A stretch of 64,000 bases of DNA from the human T2T-CHM13v2.0 reference genome, Homo sapiens. How positions within the stretch are numbered: position 1 is the first letter of the stretch; each line of letters opens with the position of its first letter. Below the pieces are notes generated by a model. It made no database searches and was not told where the DNA came from. It saw only the letters and a list, made by a program, of their open reading frames with translations. A program made the translations under genes and the position numbers. This document shows positions 15,706-30,923 of this stretch, piece after piece. The stretch is taken from assembly GCF_009914755.1 (NCBI RefSeq), contig NC_060936.1; one strand, given 5' to 3'.

Positions 15706-15984
15706 GGCCGGGCGCGGTGGCTCATGCCTGTAACCCCAGCACTTTGGGAGGCCGAGGCGGATGGATCACGAGGTCAGGAGATCGGGACTCATCCTGGCTA
15801 ACACGGTGAAACCCTGTCTCTACTAAAAAATTAGCCGGGCGCGGTGGCGGGCGCCTGTAGTCCCAGCTACTCCGGAGGCTGAGGCAGGAGAATGGCGTGA
15901 ACCCGGGAGGGACAGCGCCACTGCAGTCTGGCCTGGGTGAAACAGCGAGACTCCATCTCAAAAAAAAAAAAAAAAAAAAAAAAA
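15706..15984 (+). mobile_element. AluY-derived element with internal deletions
   Basis: CpG-rich, AluY diagnostics, long A tail, TSD ataatgttaggatg. Confidence 0.95.
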
Positions 15985-16329
15985 GGATAATGTTAGGATG
16001 AATATCTGAGAAGATAAATCTTTGTGTTACTTCATTAACTTTTTACATTCTAGATAATAGAATTATTACATGAGAATCTTTTTACTTATTCTTGAATTGC
16101 CATTCAGAAGAGTTATGCCAATGTATAGACCTATCAGCAGCATAAAAGAAAGGCCCACTCTTGGAAGCATTGGGCATATTCATAATCTTTGCTCAGTACC
16201 TGCCAACATGAAACAGGAAGAGGGGTATATTTCATTGCTGTTTAGATTTGAATTTCTTTGACTACTAGTGAAATTCAACAGTTTTCTCTCTATTTTTTCT
16301 CCCCTCATGCCACACTATGGAGATTTTAA

Positions 16330-16702
<373 letters not shown>

Positions 16703-17589
16703 AGACCACAGTCCTTTTAATTGTGCCCATATATATCTCACATGAGAAGAGACACAAGCCCTGCTGACTACCATTTGGCATCTGCCAATTTCTTCTTTCT
16801 CCTGACCTGGCTTCCTTCAAAGATATCTGCAGTCTCCACTGCCTGAAAAACTGCATGTAGGGACTTTGCCATTAACTCAGGTGTCCAGAAAAAGGAATAG
16901 CAATATTATTTGGGCTCCACCAATATTGTTGGGCTCCACTCTCAATCCAGGGAATCACCTTCCTCCGTAAGTTACTGCTGCCACCTCCACTGGGTACCAC
17001 TCAGTCTATTTATATGAGAGGTAGGCTTGCTATTGCTGCCACTTCTGCATGGAACCACTACCTTTGCTGGTCACACTGATACCGATGCCCTGAGGCCAGA
17101 GATACAAAACTTCAAGGTATTTCATAGTTAAGGGGCAGAATCCTCTGTCCATTTCTATTGAATAATATATAAAAGTAGCGGTGCTGAGCCCCTTTTAAGA
17201 AAACAGCCTCTCAGTCATCATCTACATTGTTCTACCTCCTCCCAGCTGCATGCATTATGTTATGAATCAGACAGAAAGCTTTGGGGAGAAAAACAGAGAC
17301 CTACTCATCTAAGCAGTAATTGCAATGCTCAGAATTGCCTCTTCCGCCTCCAATGACTCTTTTTGTTTTGTATTGATGCTTGCCTGTTCTCTTCCCTCAA
17401 GACAAGTTCTCACTCCTTCCTTCCCTGAGTCTCCTCACCTTCACATAAATGGATATTGGTTGACTCACTTCTTCAACCTGCCAGGTATTTCTAAATCCCA
17501 ATGGAAATCATTTAGGTATAAGCTAGACACTCCTCCCCACCATGTCATGTATTTATATAGTTTATAAATGTATTGGTCATTGAAATTTC

Positions 17590-19515
17590 TTTTTAAAATT
17601 ATTTATTATTGATACATCATAACTGTACATATTTTTGTGGGTCATATAATAATTTCTTATATTCATACAATCAGGGTAATTGGGATATCTTTCACTTTAA
17701 AAATGTATCTTTTCTTTATGCCTGAGCCATTTGAATTATTCTCTTCTAGCTATTTTGACATGTACAATCAATTAACGTTAACTACAGTCACTCTACTGAT
17801 CTGTCCACCACCAAGTCTTATTTTTTCTAAGTGGATATTTGTACCCATTAACAACCTCTCTTCACCCACTCCTTTCCCAATCTTTCCTGGCTTCTGGCAA
17901 CCACCAATCTACTCTCTCTCTCTTCGTGAGATCCATTTTTTTACCTCCTACATATGAGTGAGGACAGGCAATATTTGTCTTTCTGTGCTTGGCTTATTTC
18001 ACTTAACATAATGACCTCCAGTTACTTCTATGTTGCTGCAAATGACTGAGTTTATTCTTTTTATGGCTGACTAATATTCCACTGTGTGTATATACCACAT
18101 TTTCTTTATCTATTTATCCACTAAGGGATACTCAGATTCCATATTTTGCCTATTTTGAGTTTTTTTGCAATAAACATATAAGTACAGATACCTCTTTAAT
18201 ATATTGATTTCCTTTATATTGGGTATATACCCAGGAGTGGAATTGATGAATCATATAGTAATTCTATTTTCAGTTTTTTGAAAAACCTACATATCATTCT
18301 CCATAGTAGCTATACTAATTTATATTCCCACCAACAGTGTACAAGGCGTCCCCTTTATCTACATCCTCAACAGCATCTTCTATTCCCTGTCTTTTTTTGA
18401 TGAAAAGCTACTCTAACTGGAGTGAGATGACATCTCATTGTAGTTTTGTTTTGCATTTCCCTGATGATTAGTGATGTTGAGCATTTTTTATATACATTTG
18501 ACCATTTGTATGTCTTCTTTGGAGAAATGCCTATCCAGATCCTTTGCCTATTTTTAATTGGATTATCTGGGCTTTTTGCTATTGAATTGTTTGAGCTCCT
18601 TATGTATCCTGGTTATTAATCCCTTGTCAGATGGATATTTGCAAATATTGCTCCTATTCTGTGTCTTTTTACTTTGTTGATGGTTTCCTTAGCTGTTCAG
18701 AAGCATTTTAGCTTGATGTAATCCCATTTATCTCTTTTTGCTTTTGTTGTCTGTGCTTTTGAGGTCTTACACAAAAAATCTTTGTCCAAATTAATGTCCT
18801 GGAGCATTGTCTCAACATTTTCTTCTATTAGTGTCATTGTTTCACGTCTTGGATTTAAGTCTTTAATGCATTTTTATTTGATTTTTATATATTCTGTTCC
18901 ATTGATCTATGGGTCTGTTTTTATGTCAGTACCATGCTGATTTAGTTACTATAGCTTTGTAGTATATTTTGAAGTCAAGTAGTGTGACACTTCCAGCTTT
19001 GGTCTCCTTGCTCAGGATTGCTTTGACCTTTTGGGGGCCTTTTGTGGTTTCACATAAATTTTAGGATTGTCTATTTTATTCTGTGGAGAATGTCACTGCT
19101 ATTTGATAGGGATTGCATTAAGTCTATAAACTGCTTTGGGTAGTATGATCTTTTAAAACTATTCATTCTTCCAATTCATGAGCATGGAATATCCTTTTTG
19201 TGTGCCCTCTTCAATTTTTGTCATCAGTGTTTTATGGTTTTTCTGGTAGAGATCTTTCAAATTTGGGGTCAAATTGATTTCTGGGTATTTTATATTATTT
19301 ATAGCTATTGTAAATGAAATCACTTTCTTGATTTATTTTTCAGATTGTTTGCTGTTGGCATATAGAAATGCTACTGATTTTGTATGTTGGCTATCCTGCA
19401 ACTTTACTAAATTTGTTTATTAATTCTAACAGCTTTGAGGTGGAATCTTTAGCTTTTTCTAAATGTAAGATCATGTTGTCTACATATAAGGCTAATTTTA
19501 CTTCTTTTCCAATTT
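17590..19515 (-). mobile_element. L1MA-type element (3' UTR plus partial ORF2)
   Basis: Antisense L1 sequence (cttatttcacttaacataatgacctcca, tgatgattagtgatgttgagcatttt). Confidence 0.9.
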
Positions 19516-19618
19516 GCAAGAAGTAGAAAATCATATAAAATTACACTTGTGGTGAGGTTGGGGAAGTGAAAGTGAGAAGGAGATCCCTGTATTTGGAAGT
19601 CCTATATTATTTGGATAC

Positions 19619-19649
<31 letters not shown>

Positions 19650-20400
19650 CACACATATCAGTAAGGTATTATTACATAAGTGCAAGGAAAACTGCAGGTT
19701 GATTTACTGGATTGATTCATAGAATTCATTGGAGTGGTTCATACTAAGTTATGAATCACTTCCCTATCCTTACTCTCCCTGTACCCCTTACATCAGCTCC
19801 TTCACCCAACTCCAGGATACCAGAGCTGATGTAAGGGGTGCAGGGAGAGTAATGATAGGGAAATCCAAGCCTAAACAGAAAATAAAAGAAAGAAAAAAAT
19901 ATACTGGACCTTTAAGAAAATCTATAAAATGATACTATTTATGTATTTACCTACAATATATTGTGCAAGTAACTATTTTTAAAGCATATAAAGCTTTTTA
20001 ATGGATATCATATTTATAAAGAAATAAATTCCTGAAAATTGAGGTAAATCTCATATAATAGTTAGCTATAAAAACACATTACAAAAGTATAGACCATAGT
20101 CAAGGGGAAATGTATTATACTCTGATATCAAGGTTATTAAGTGGTCAAGGTTCAAATATAATTGGTAATACTTTATCTAGCGAACACTCTGTTTATGTCA
20201 AAGATCAGTACAAACTACCCAAAAAATGTTAATAGAAGTTTTAAAGAGTAGTACTATGGAAGAAGTTTCCTAAAATAGGTCAAATCTCTGAAATTAAAAT
20301 ATTTAACAAATGAATATGCAAAGCAAAAACAGAATGGCATTTATGGTACTAAATCATGTATAGCTTGGTCATAATGATAAAACTGAAATGATTAAAAAAA

Positions 20401-20719
20401 TTTTTTTTTTTTTTTTGAGATAGTGTCTCACTCTGTCACCCAGGCTGGAGGGTAGTGGTGCAATCACGGCTCACTGCAATCTTGACCGCCCAGGCTCAGG
20501 CGATTCTCCCATCTCAGCTTCCTGAGTAGCTGGGACTACAGACATGGATCACCACACCTGGCTAATTTTGTTTTGTTTTGTTTTGTTTTTGTTTTTTTTT
20601 CGGAGAGATGGGGTCTTACCATGTTGCCAGGCTGGTTTCAAACTCCTAGACTCCAGCGATGCGACCGCCTGGGCCTCCCAAAGTGCTGGGATTACAGGTA
20701 TGAGCCACTGCACCCAGGC
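20401..20719 (-). mobile_element. AluJ
   Basis: Diverged antisense dimer. Confidence 0.9.
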
Positions 20720-21152
20720 AAGAATTTTAATAATAACCTTTAGGTTAAAGTAAGCCTCAGGTTAATCTCAAGGAAATCAAATTTCCTGGGAAATCAAAAA
20801 AAAATCTATTTAGATTTTTCTGTCTAACTGGTACTTTCCATGAAGATAGTACTTGCCAAATAAAATATGGTAGCAATAAAACTGTGGATAAAACTTAAGC
20901 TATAGAATGGCGTACCTTTAGAATGCGCCAGGTTACTAAAAACAATTTATAAAGAAAATGGTACTGAGAACGTCAGCAGGGCCTTTAAAAAGTGCAAAAC
21001 ATGTTCTCAGAGATGAACTGTAAGACAGAAAGGCAAGAAAATATTGAGAAGTAAAGCTAAGCTATAAATCAAGGGGATGAGGTTTAAAAGAATCCACAGT
21101 ATAATCAGAAATACATCATCTCTTAAATTAAAAAATAATAATAACAGTAATA

Positions 21153-21460
21153 AGCTGGGTGCAGGGGCTCATGTCTGTAATTCCAGCACTTTAGGAGGGC
21201 CAAGGCAGGCCGATCTCTTGAGGCCGGGAGTTTGAGATCAGGCTGGACACATGGTGAAACCCCATCTCTACTAAAAATACAAAAATTAGCCAGGCATGGT
21301 GGCGCACACCTGTAATCCCAGCTACTACTCAGGAGACTGAGGCATAAGAATCGTTTTAACTGAGAGGCGGAGGTTGCAGTGAGCTGAGATTGTGCCACTG
21401 CACTCCAGCCTGGGCAACAGAACGAGACACACTCTCATTAAAAAATAAATAAATAAATAA
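21153..21460 (+). mobile_element. AluS
   Basis: Dimer with (AAAT)n tail. Confidence 0.95.
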
Positions 21461-21809
21461 GTAATAATAGTATAAGCTTCAGTTTCCAAAATTTGCATTC
21501 AGCTCTCCCATGTTGACCCTTCTTTTTTAACTGTCCCTACCACCTACCTCCAGGACTGTATTTATTTAGCAGTAGAGGGAATGAAATATAATAAGAGTAG
21601 AAGAAATATTTTTCCACTGCCGTGGGACAACTGTCTACTCCTTTCTGATGTAAAATTATCAAAACTAGAATAATTAGCACTGCCTCAGAGACTAGACACC
21701 ATATTTATTAGATGGTCAAAATCATTTCCTCATGCCTGATTATGTCCTATATTTGCATATTGTCACCTTAGAAATACAAAGAATAAGATTCTTTTAAATG
21801 GACATTCTG

Positions 21810-22128
<319 letters not shown>

Positions 22129-22467
22129 TTAGTAGAAAGAGAAAAGAATACCACCCCTTTTAGAGCAGCCAGTATTACCTAAAGTCAGATTTTTGATTGC
22201 ATATTAAGCTTGCCCAAGTCAAGTGGTGCTCAGAGGTTAATGAACCCACTCTGGAAATAAATGGGTAGTGGGTATCCTCTTTACTTTTCTCTGGGGCCAG
22301 TGGAAAACGCATAGGGAGGAGTGTTCAAATGTTATTATACTTTTTTCAGGTGAGTTTCCAGCAGGCAATGTCTACTACTTAGCAATTTCCTTTTGTAGGA
22401 TTCATGTTTTGGTACCAGCAATTCTCCTGCAGTACAACAGGCCTATATCCCTAAAATTGAGCAAGCA

Positions 22468-22784
22468 GGCTACGTGCAGTGGCTGATGTCTGTAATCCTA
22501 ACACTTTGGGAAGCCAAGGTGGGAGGACTGCTTGAGGCCAGGAGTTCAAGACCAGCCTGTGAACATAGTAAGACCCTGTCTCTACCAAACAAAAAAAATT
22601 AATGTTTTTAATTAGCAGGCTGTGGTGGTGCACACCTGCAGTCCCAGCTACTTCAGAGCCAGAGGCAGGAAGATCACTTGAGCCCAGGAGTTTGACGCTG
22701 CAGTGAGCTCTGGCTGCTCCACCCCACTACAGCCTCGGTGACAGCAAGACCCTCTCAAAATAAAATAATAATAAAATAAATAAA
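22468..22784 (+). mobile_element. AluJ
   Basis: Diverged dimer. Confidence 0.9.
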
Positions 22785-23384
22785 GCATGCAAAACTTATG
22801 GTGCCTATTCAAAACACGGCTTCATTTTTTCCACAGCCTTTCAGTGAGACTAGGTATTTCTCTGACCTTGAAAATGTTTAGAGCAACTTCTACAACTTTG
22901 ATCGTCATTTTTAGGCAATAAAAAGTTTTCCATCACTTAGCCAAAAACATAAACTCAGTTTAGTAACTGATATGTCCAATCCACTGAAACAGTCAAAAAC
23001 TGTTCAAGGTTAATCTTCAAGTCTCCCTGAGTTTGGACTGTCTAAGAAACAAAAAGGGACATTCTTGGCTTCTGCCTATCTTCAGATAGACTGTTAGTCA
23101 AGTTTATGGTCTTTGGAGGCAGGTGGTTTGAAGAAGGAATGAGGAGAAAAAGGATCTTACTTGGCTGATGCCACTGTTTTCTCACTGAGCAGCTTCAGTC
23201 AGTTCTTTTGGAGGCTGATCACAGGGACTCTCCCCAGTATTCCTTTCCCTAGAGTGAAACAGTTTTTCTGGGTGGTCACTTGCAGCTTTCCTCTTATCCC
23301 CTGGCATATATCTCCACTTTCCTTTCTCTTGGTTCTCACCTCTCTCAAGGCAGCACCCTTGGACAAGATAAATGCAGTCCCAAG

Positions 23385-23398
23385 GCTGGAAGAAACAA

Positions 23399-23440
<42 letters not shown>

Positions 23441-23450
23441 CTGCTGGAAG

Positions 23451-23498
<48 letters not shown>

Positions 23499-23502
23499 CT
23501 GC
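23385..23502. repeat. Compound (CA)n microsatellite, two units of gctggaagaaa-(CA)n-ccct
   Basis: Seen directly. Confidence 0.95.
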
Positions 23503-23771
23503 CTTTGGGGAGGAGGATGTAAGACCTCCTAGGACAAAACAGCCCTCTCAGAATCCTCCTCCAATCTCCAAACTTCTAACTCATTTACAACCTTATGTGG
23601 AAGAGCAATTTAGGCATCATACAATGAGTTTTAATTCAACTCTTCAATAACTCAAGTATCTCACATTTCCTGTTGGAATGCAGCACCTACCATCTTGGAA
23701 ACTTAGAACTGAAACTAAAATAATTTAAACAGCTTATGATCCTTGCTTAAGTAAGCAAGTTTCTCAATTAA

Positions 23772-24141
<370 letters not shown>

Positions 24142-24979
24142 TGAAAGTTGGTTTGGTTTTTTTATTGTTTTGTAATGAAATTTAACCTTCAGATTAAACT
24201 GTTCTACATTTTAAATTATTTTGTGTTCATAAAGTTACAGTAACTGTTGGGCAATTAATTTAATCTCCCTTGATTAAAGAAATTGTTGCTTATAGGTGTT
24301 TTCCATAGGTGCCATTCTTCACTCTGTTTAGTAGCTAGCATCAACAGGGCTTTTGACATTATGGCAAACTATTTGGTAACCCATTTATTTGGAAATAATA
24401 TAGAATATGGGATAAATTATAAAATATAGCAAGGCATTTTGGGTCAGTAGATTTTACAATTTATTTTTGTTTTCAGTTGGTAAAGGGGGAAGGAATATAA
24501 TATGGAAAATTCTTGAGTGTCTGAGTAGTGGAATTGCAGACCCATCATGGGTGGGTGTTAATGTCAGAGTTTCCGGACATTTGAGGCAGAGGAGGTGGTT
24601 AGCAAGCCAGGGAGGGCCACCTCCTGAGGATGGATGGCCCCAGTGCTGGCACTCATCTCCATGAGCCCCATCCACTCTTGTAACCCTTTCCCTGGGTACC
24701 ATGAGAGCACCATCTCACTCCCCCGAGTACCACAAAGTGGCTAGAAATCTGGAGAATTTGCAACCTCTATCTCTTGAATTCTTCGGAAATACTGGCTGCC
24801 TCGCAGTACTCACCATTCCTTCGCTGATTGTGAACATTTGAAAAAACAAGCAAACAGAATTAAACAAAGGCAAGGATCATTCATCTTAAACTTTCTAATA
24901 CTCACTAAATTTATCTTGATTACCTTTAGGCTTCAGCCCACAGGAAAATGTTTCTCTTCCATGATTGTTGGATGTGAAT

Positions 24980-25150
24980 CAGTGATTCTCAAAGTTTGCT
25001 ACACATTAGAATCACTTGGGAGCTTTTAAAAATCCCAATGCCCAGGGCTCCTTGGGCCAATTAAAGCAGAAGCCCTAAGAATGAAACCCAGGCATCAGTA
25101 TTTTTTAAAACTCCCCAGACAATTCCAATATAGAGCCAAATTTGAGAATT
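24980..25150. mobile_element. MER5-family hAT MITE
   Basis: cagtgattctcaaagttt...ttagaatcacttgggagctttt...tttgagaa. Confidence 0.75.
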
Positions 25151-25315
25151 AGGGCTGCAGTGTAAATGACTCTGGGCCATGGTGGAAATAAAGGAAGGAT
25201 ACATAGCGAAGTTCTTCCTTAGCTTTCACAGATGACAATCAGCTAACATTACAAGTATATGCTGCTTTCAAAAATTCAACAAAGGAAAAACAAAATTTAT
25301 AAAATAATGATTTAA

Positions 25316-26353
<1,038 letters not shown>

Positions 26354-26768
26354 TTAGGAAAGTGTGTATTAATATAGTCTACTATGGTCTCAACAAAATA
26401 TGTCTCAAATCTGAATTTGTAATCATCCCCAAATCAGATCCCCTGCTTCTGTCTTCAATAAATCTGTCAATAATGAAACACCCATTGTTCCCTGGTCTTG
26501 AACGCAGATGTGTTGACTTTATTTTTTAATTTTATTTATAATTCTTATTTAATAACGTCCTATAACTATCTCTTTAAAATGATTCTTGTTTTCTGTTTTT
26601 GGTAATACTTCCAGAAGGTCCACTTTCTTAAGAATAGGCCCAGTTCTATTCCAAGATTATTACTACAGCCTCCTAATGTGTCTCCCTGCTGTCTATATGA
26701 ATTTTTTTAAAAATACGACTCCTCTCATGCTCTACTTTTCTCAACAAGTTTCAAAATCTCCCATTACA

Positions 26769-27057
26769 TTTTTTGTTTTTGAGACCAGATCTCACTCTGT
26801 CACCCAGGCTGGAGTGCCATGGTGCAATCATAGCACACTACAGCCTCAACCTCCAGGGCTCAAACGTTCCTCTGCTTCAGCCTTCTATGTAGCTGGGACT
26901 ATAGAGGTGCCCAACACCATGGCTGACTAAGTATTTTTTGTAGAGACAGGGTCTCATATGTTTTCTAGGCTAGTCTTGAACTCCTGCCCTCAAGCAATTC
27001 TCTTTGTCTCTGCTTCCCAAACATTGGGATTACAGGTGTGAGCCACTGGGCCCGGCC
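26769..27057 (-). mobile_element. AluJ
   Basis: Antisense dimer, TSD tcc(c/a)attacattt. Confidence 0.9.
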
Positions 27058-27382
27058 TCCAATTACATTTAGAATAAAGCTTATACTCTTTAGCTTGGCC
27101 TACTAACCCTTCTGCAATTTTACCCTATAGTCCTGCCTTTCACTTCTCACTTGCCATGGATGCTAGATTTACTCTAGCCACATCTATTTTTGTAAATCCT
27201 TTCTCTGAAGAATATCCTCCTTGCTGCATTCTTTCTATCCATATTTTACTCTCTTTTAGGCCCCAAATCAAATCCACTGTCCGCCAAGATGTCTGCTGGC
27301 TGGGCCACCTCTGTCTTTGAAGGTCTCTCTATCTCTTTCAACCTCTATTAATATTGCTCTCTTTTTCTCTCTTTCTCTCTCA

Positions 27383-27598
27383 TTATAAGCTGAATATTTA
27401 TATCCTCCCAAAATTTGTGTGTTAAAATCCTACTGCTCAAGGCACTGGTATTAGGAGGTGATACCTTCAGGAGGTAATTAGGTCATAAGGGAAGAGCCCT
27501 CATGAATGGAATTAGTGCCCTTAGAAAATAGGCACAAGGTAACTCATTCTTCCTTCCCACCATGTGAGGGTACAGAGAGAAGGCACTGTCTATGAAAA
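27383..27598 (+). mobile_element. MLT1A-type MaLR LTR fragment
   Basis: ggtattaggaggtg...gagccctcatgaatggaattagtgccctt. Confidence 0.8.
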
Positions 27599-27754
27599 CA
27601 ATTCTAAATCTGAGAGAAAAAAAAACACACAAGTAATTCTCCTCAGCATTATCTGTAACAGAAAAATTTAAATTTCTATAGAATAATATTACTGATGGTA
27701 TAGCCACCTTTCCAATACTATGTATTCACTAAAAATATTGTTTAAAAAAGACTA

Positions 27755-28130
27755 AGCCATACAATGGAATACTACTAAGCCAAAAAAATGAAGTACTGAT
27801 TTATACTACAGAGTGGTGAACCTTGAAAACACTGTGCTAACTAAAAGAAGCCAGACATAAAAGGCTACATATCATATGATTCCACTTAACATGAAATGTC
27901 CAGAATAGACAAATCTATATAGAGAGAAAATAGATTGGTGGTTTCCAGGAGTTGGAGAAAGAGGGAAATGGGTAGTTACTGCCAGCAGGTATGAAGTTTA
28001 TTTGGGGGGCTGAAACTTCTGGAATTAGTGTTAATGGTTATACAACCTCAATATACTGAAAAACACTGAATTATATTCCTTTAAAGGGTGAATTTTATAG
28101 TATGTGAATGATATCTGAATACATTTTTTT
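27755..28130 (+). mobile_element. Old L1M 3' end fragment
   Basis: gaaccttgaaaacactgtgctaactaaaagaagccagaca...gtgaattttatagtatgtgaa. Confidence 0.8.
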
Positions 28131-29986
28131 AACTATGCCAATATGGAAGATGTATATGACATAACATGGAGGAGAAAAGTAAGGAACAAAATTATATAAA
28201 GAGTAGCAAAAATTTCTCAAGTATAAAAGAAGTTTTTTAAAAGAACAGAATGTACTGATACACTAATAGGAAAAACACTGATAGGAAAAAAACAGAAACA
28301 CTGAAGGAAAAAAAAGTATTTTTTTCAGGCAGTTTATACAAAGTTAGGTGAAATATCTTTATTAATGCACAACCATATTAATGCAAAGCTGTGTTTTGGT
28401 AGGAGTTCTGGGAACCACCCCATAAGAGTCCCCGTGACTTAGTCCCCCGGAACAAATGCCAGTTTATACTTAGAATTTATTTCCCTGGGCATCACACACA
28501 AACACTCAGTTGATAAGCTGGCTGAAAACAACTTAATAATGTAACTATTTTAACTTAGGCATCTATTCTATGAATTATAAGAACAAGATTGGCTTTCACT
28601 GTGTATTGTTAAAGAACTGGTGATGACTTGTGCCTGGGCAGACTAGTCCCCAAGTTGCTGGCTAGTCTGAATAAGAGTCAGGAAGGACAGTCCCTGACTG
28701 GCCCCATACCAGGGAATGCCTGGTGGCCACACTGCTGCTGACCCTGAGACAACACAGTGCACATCATGTACACACCTCTACTGTCAGTCAATGCTTCTCC
28801 ATCTCTGATGAAAGTGACTCCACCAAACCAACTAGGAAGTCCCAATTTCCTTCAGAGACCCACAGGCTGCCAAGAGGACCCAACCCTCCTCTTCCACACC
28901 AGCATGAGCTAAATTCTCCCTGGAGTAAAAAAAACTGTAGCCTCCATCTCTCCTCCTTATTTATTTTTTGTGCAAAAAATGTTCATGGCGTCTTTATAAA
29001 AACTAAAACTGGAAACAACCCAAGTGTCCATGAACAGAACATCCATGCTCCATTCGTCCTGGAGAATAAACTGTGGTACATCTCTTCTCTTTAGCTAGCA
29101 CTTCCATCTCCATTCTCCACTGGACCTCAAAAAAGGAAAGCTGAGGCACTAATGACTCCTAACCTTATTTGTACCTTGTGGGTTGGTATTTCTGAGGAAA
29201 GGCATACTCATGTAAGGAGAGAAAAAGAATCTGCTGCTAACTTCCATCTCTGTTACTAGAAAATGAATTCTTCATCAGAGTAATATGCATAAACTTGCCT
29301 AAGCCATACAAGTATTGATAAAACCTAAAACTAAGAGCCACATGTTTGGAGCTTGCTGTTTTATTTTAATCGATAAAGCTTCTTCATTTTAAAAGATGAT
29401 TTCCATTAAGAGAGTCTCTCAGAAGCTTCCTGGATTTGTTATGAGTTGTAAGGGCCAATGAGAAAAACATTCGAGTCAGTATTTCCAGGAATCACAAAAC
29501 TGTTCACACAGTGATGTAAGGAATTTGACAAGTGAATGTACAGCATGTGCCGTGTTATTTTTATTTTTAGAGCATGTTGCGGAGTTGTTAAACCCTCAAA
29601 TATGCCTCAGACATATTCCCAAGCACTCATTTGCTGGGAATAAATTCATAGATTTAACTCATCTGTGCTGTTTTAAGGATCCAGGATATATTCTAAAGAA
29701 CAAGAGAATGAATATTAAATACAAAATAGAAATTTCCCTAGGAATTATTTTTTTCATGTACTATTCCTCATGTATATTTCATCCACAATTTGCTAAGTAA
29801 ACTGCTCATTGTTCAAGCCAGTAAAGATAATAGTCTTCATCAGAGGTCTCCTCTAGAGTCAGACACACCTAGATTCAAATCCCAAGTCCATCTATTTCTA
29901 TATGTGTTCTTGGATAATGTTCTCCACTTTCCTGGTCCATAAAATAGGAAGTTACTTTTTTCTCTAGGGGATACGCATGTACACAT

Positions 29987-30024
<38 letters not shown>

Positions 30025-30037
30025 TTCTTTGGGTGTT

Positions 30038-30610
30038 GTATTAGTCAGAATTCTCCAGAGAAACAGAACCAACAGGGTGGATGGATGAAAGAATAAATAG
30101 ATGGATGGACAGATGAATGGATGGATGGACGGATGGACAGACAGACAGATAGATAATCGGTAATTTGCTCATGCAATTTTGGGTCTAAGACCCAAGGTCT
30201 GCAGTCAGGAAGCTGGAGACCCAGCAAAGCCAATGTATAGTTCCAGCCTGAGTCCCAAGTCCTGAGCACCAGGAGAGCCAGGTTCTCTCCAGGAGAGCCA
30301 AGGTTCAGTGTGAAAGCAGCAGGCTTGAGACCCAAGAAGAGCCAATGTTTCAGTCTGAGTCTAAAGGCCAGAAAAGACCAATGTCCTAGCTCAAAGCAGT
30401 CAGGGAGGAGTAGTTCCCTCATATTTGAGGAAGAGTCAGCCTTTTTGTGCTACTCAAGCCTTAACTGATTGGATGAGGCCTATCCACATTAAGAAGAGCA
30501 ATCTGCTTTGCTCAGTCTACCAAGCTAAATGTTAATTTCATCCAAAAACACAGACACCCAAAATGTTTCACCAAACGTCTGGATACCCCATGGCTCAGTC
30601 AAGTTGACAA
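30038..30610 (-). mobile_element. MLT2-type (ERVL) LTR, preceded by (TG)n at 29989-30021
   Basis: tgtattagtcag...ttctccagagaaacagaaccaa; cagtcaagttgaca. Confidence 0.85.
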
Positions 30611-30721
30611 CAAACCTACTTTCAAATATTAGCTATAATCTATCTCTATCAAAAAATTATCTAAGAAGTATAAATGCCCAAAAGGTTTGTGTCAGTTTGC
30701 AAGACAATAGTGTACTACTCT

Positions 30722-30923
30722 ATGTATTTATTTATTTATTTTTGAGAAGGAGTCTCACTCTGTTGCTCAGGCTGGAGTACAGTGGCACGACTTTGGCTCA
30801 CTGCAACCTCTGCCTCTCAGGTTCAAGCGATTCTCCTGCTCTCGAACTCCTGACCTCAAATGATCTGCCCACCTCGGCCTCCCAAAGTGCTGAGGTTACA
30901 GGCATGAGCCACCGCAACCAGCC
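30722..30923 (-). mobile_element. Alu with central deletion
   Basis: Right-arm sequence joined directly to left-arm sequence at about 30840. Confidence 0.9.

Noticed and set aside
16901-16939. Short tandem duplication caatatt(a/g)tt(t)gggctccac
   Set aside because: Ordinary slippage-type micro-duplication with nothing else pointing to function.
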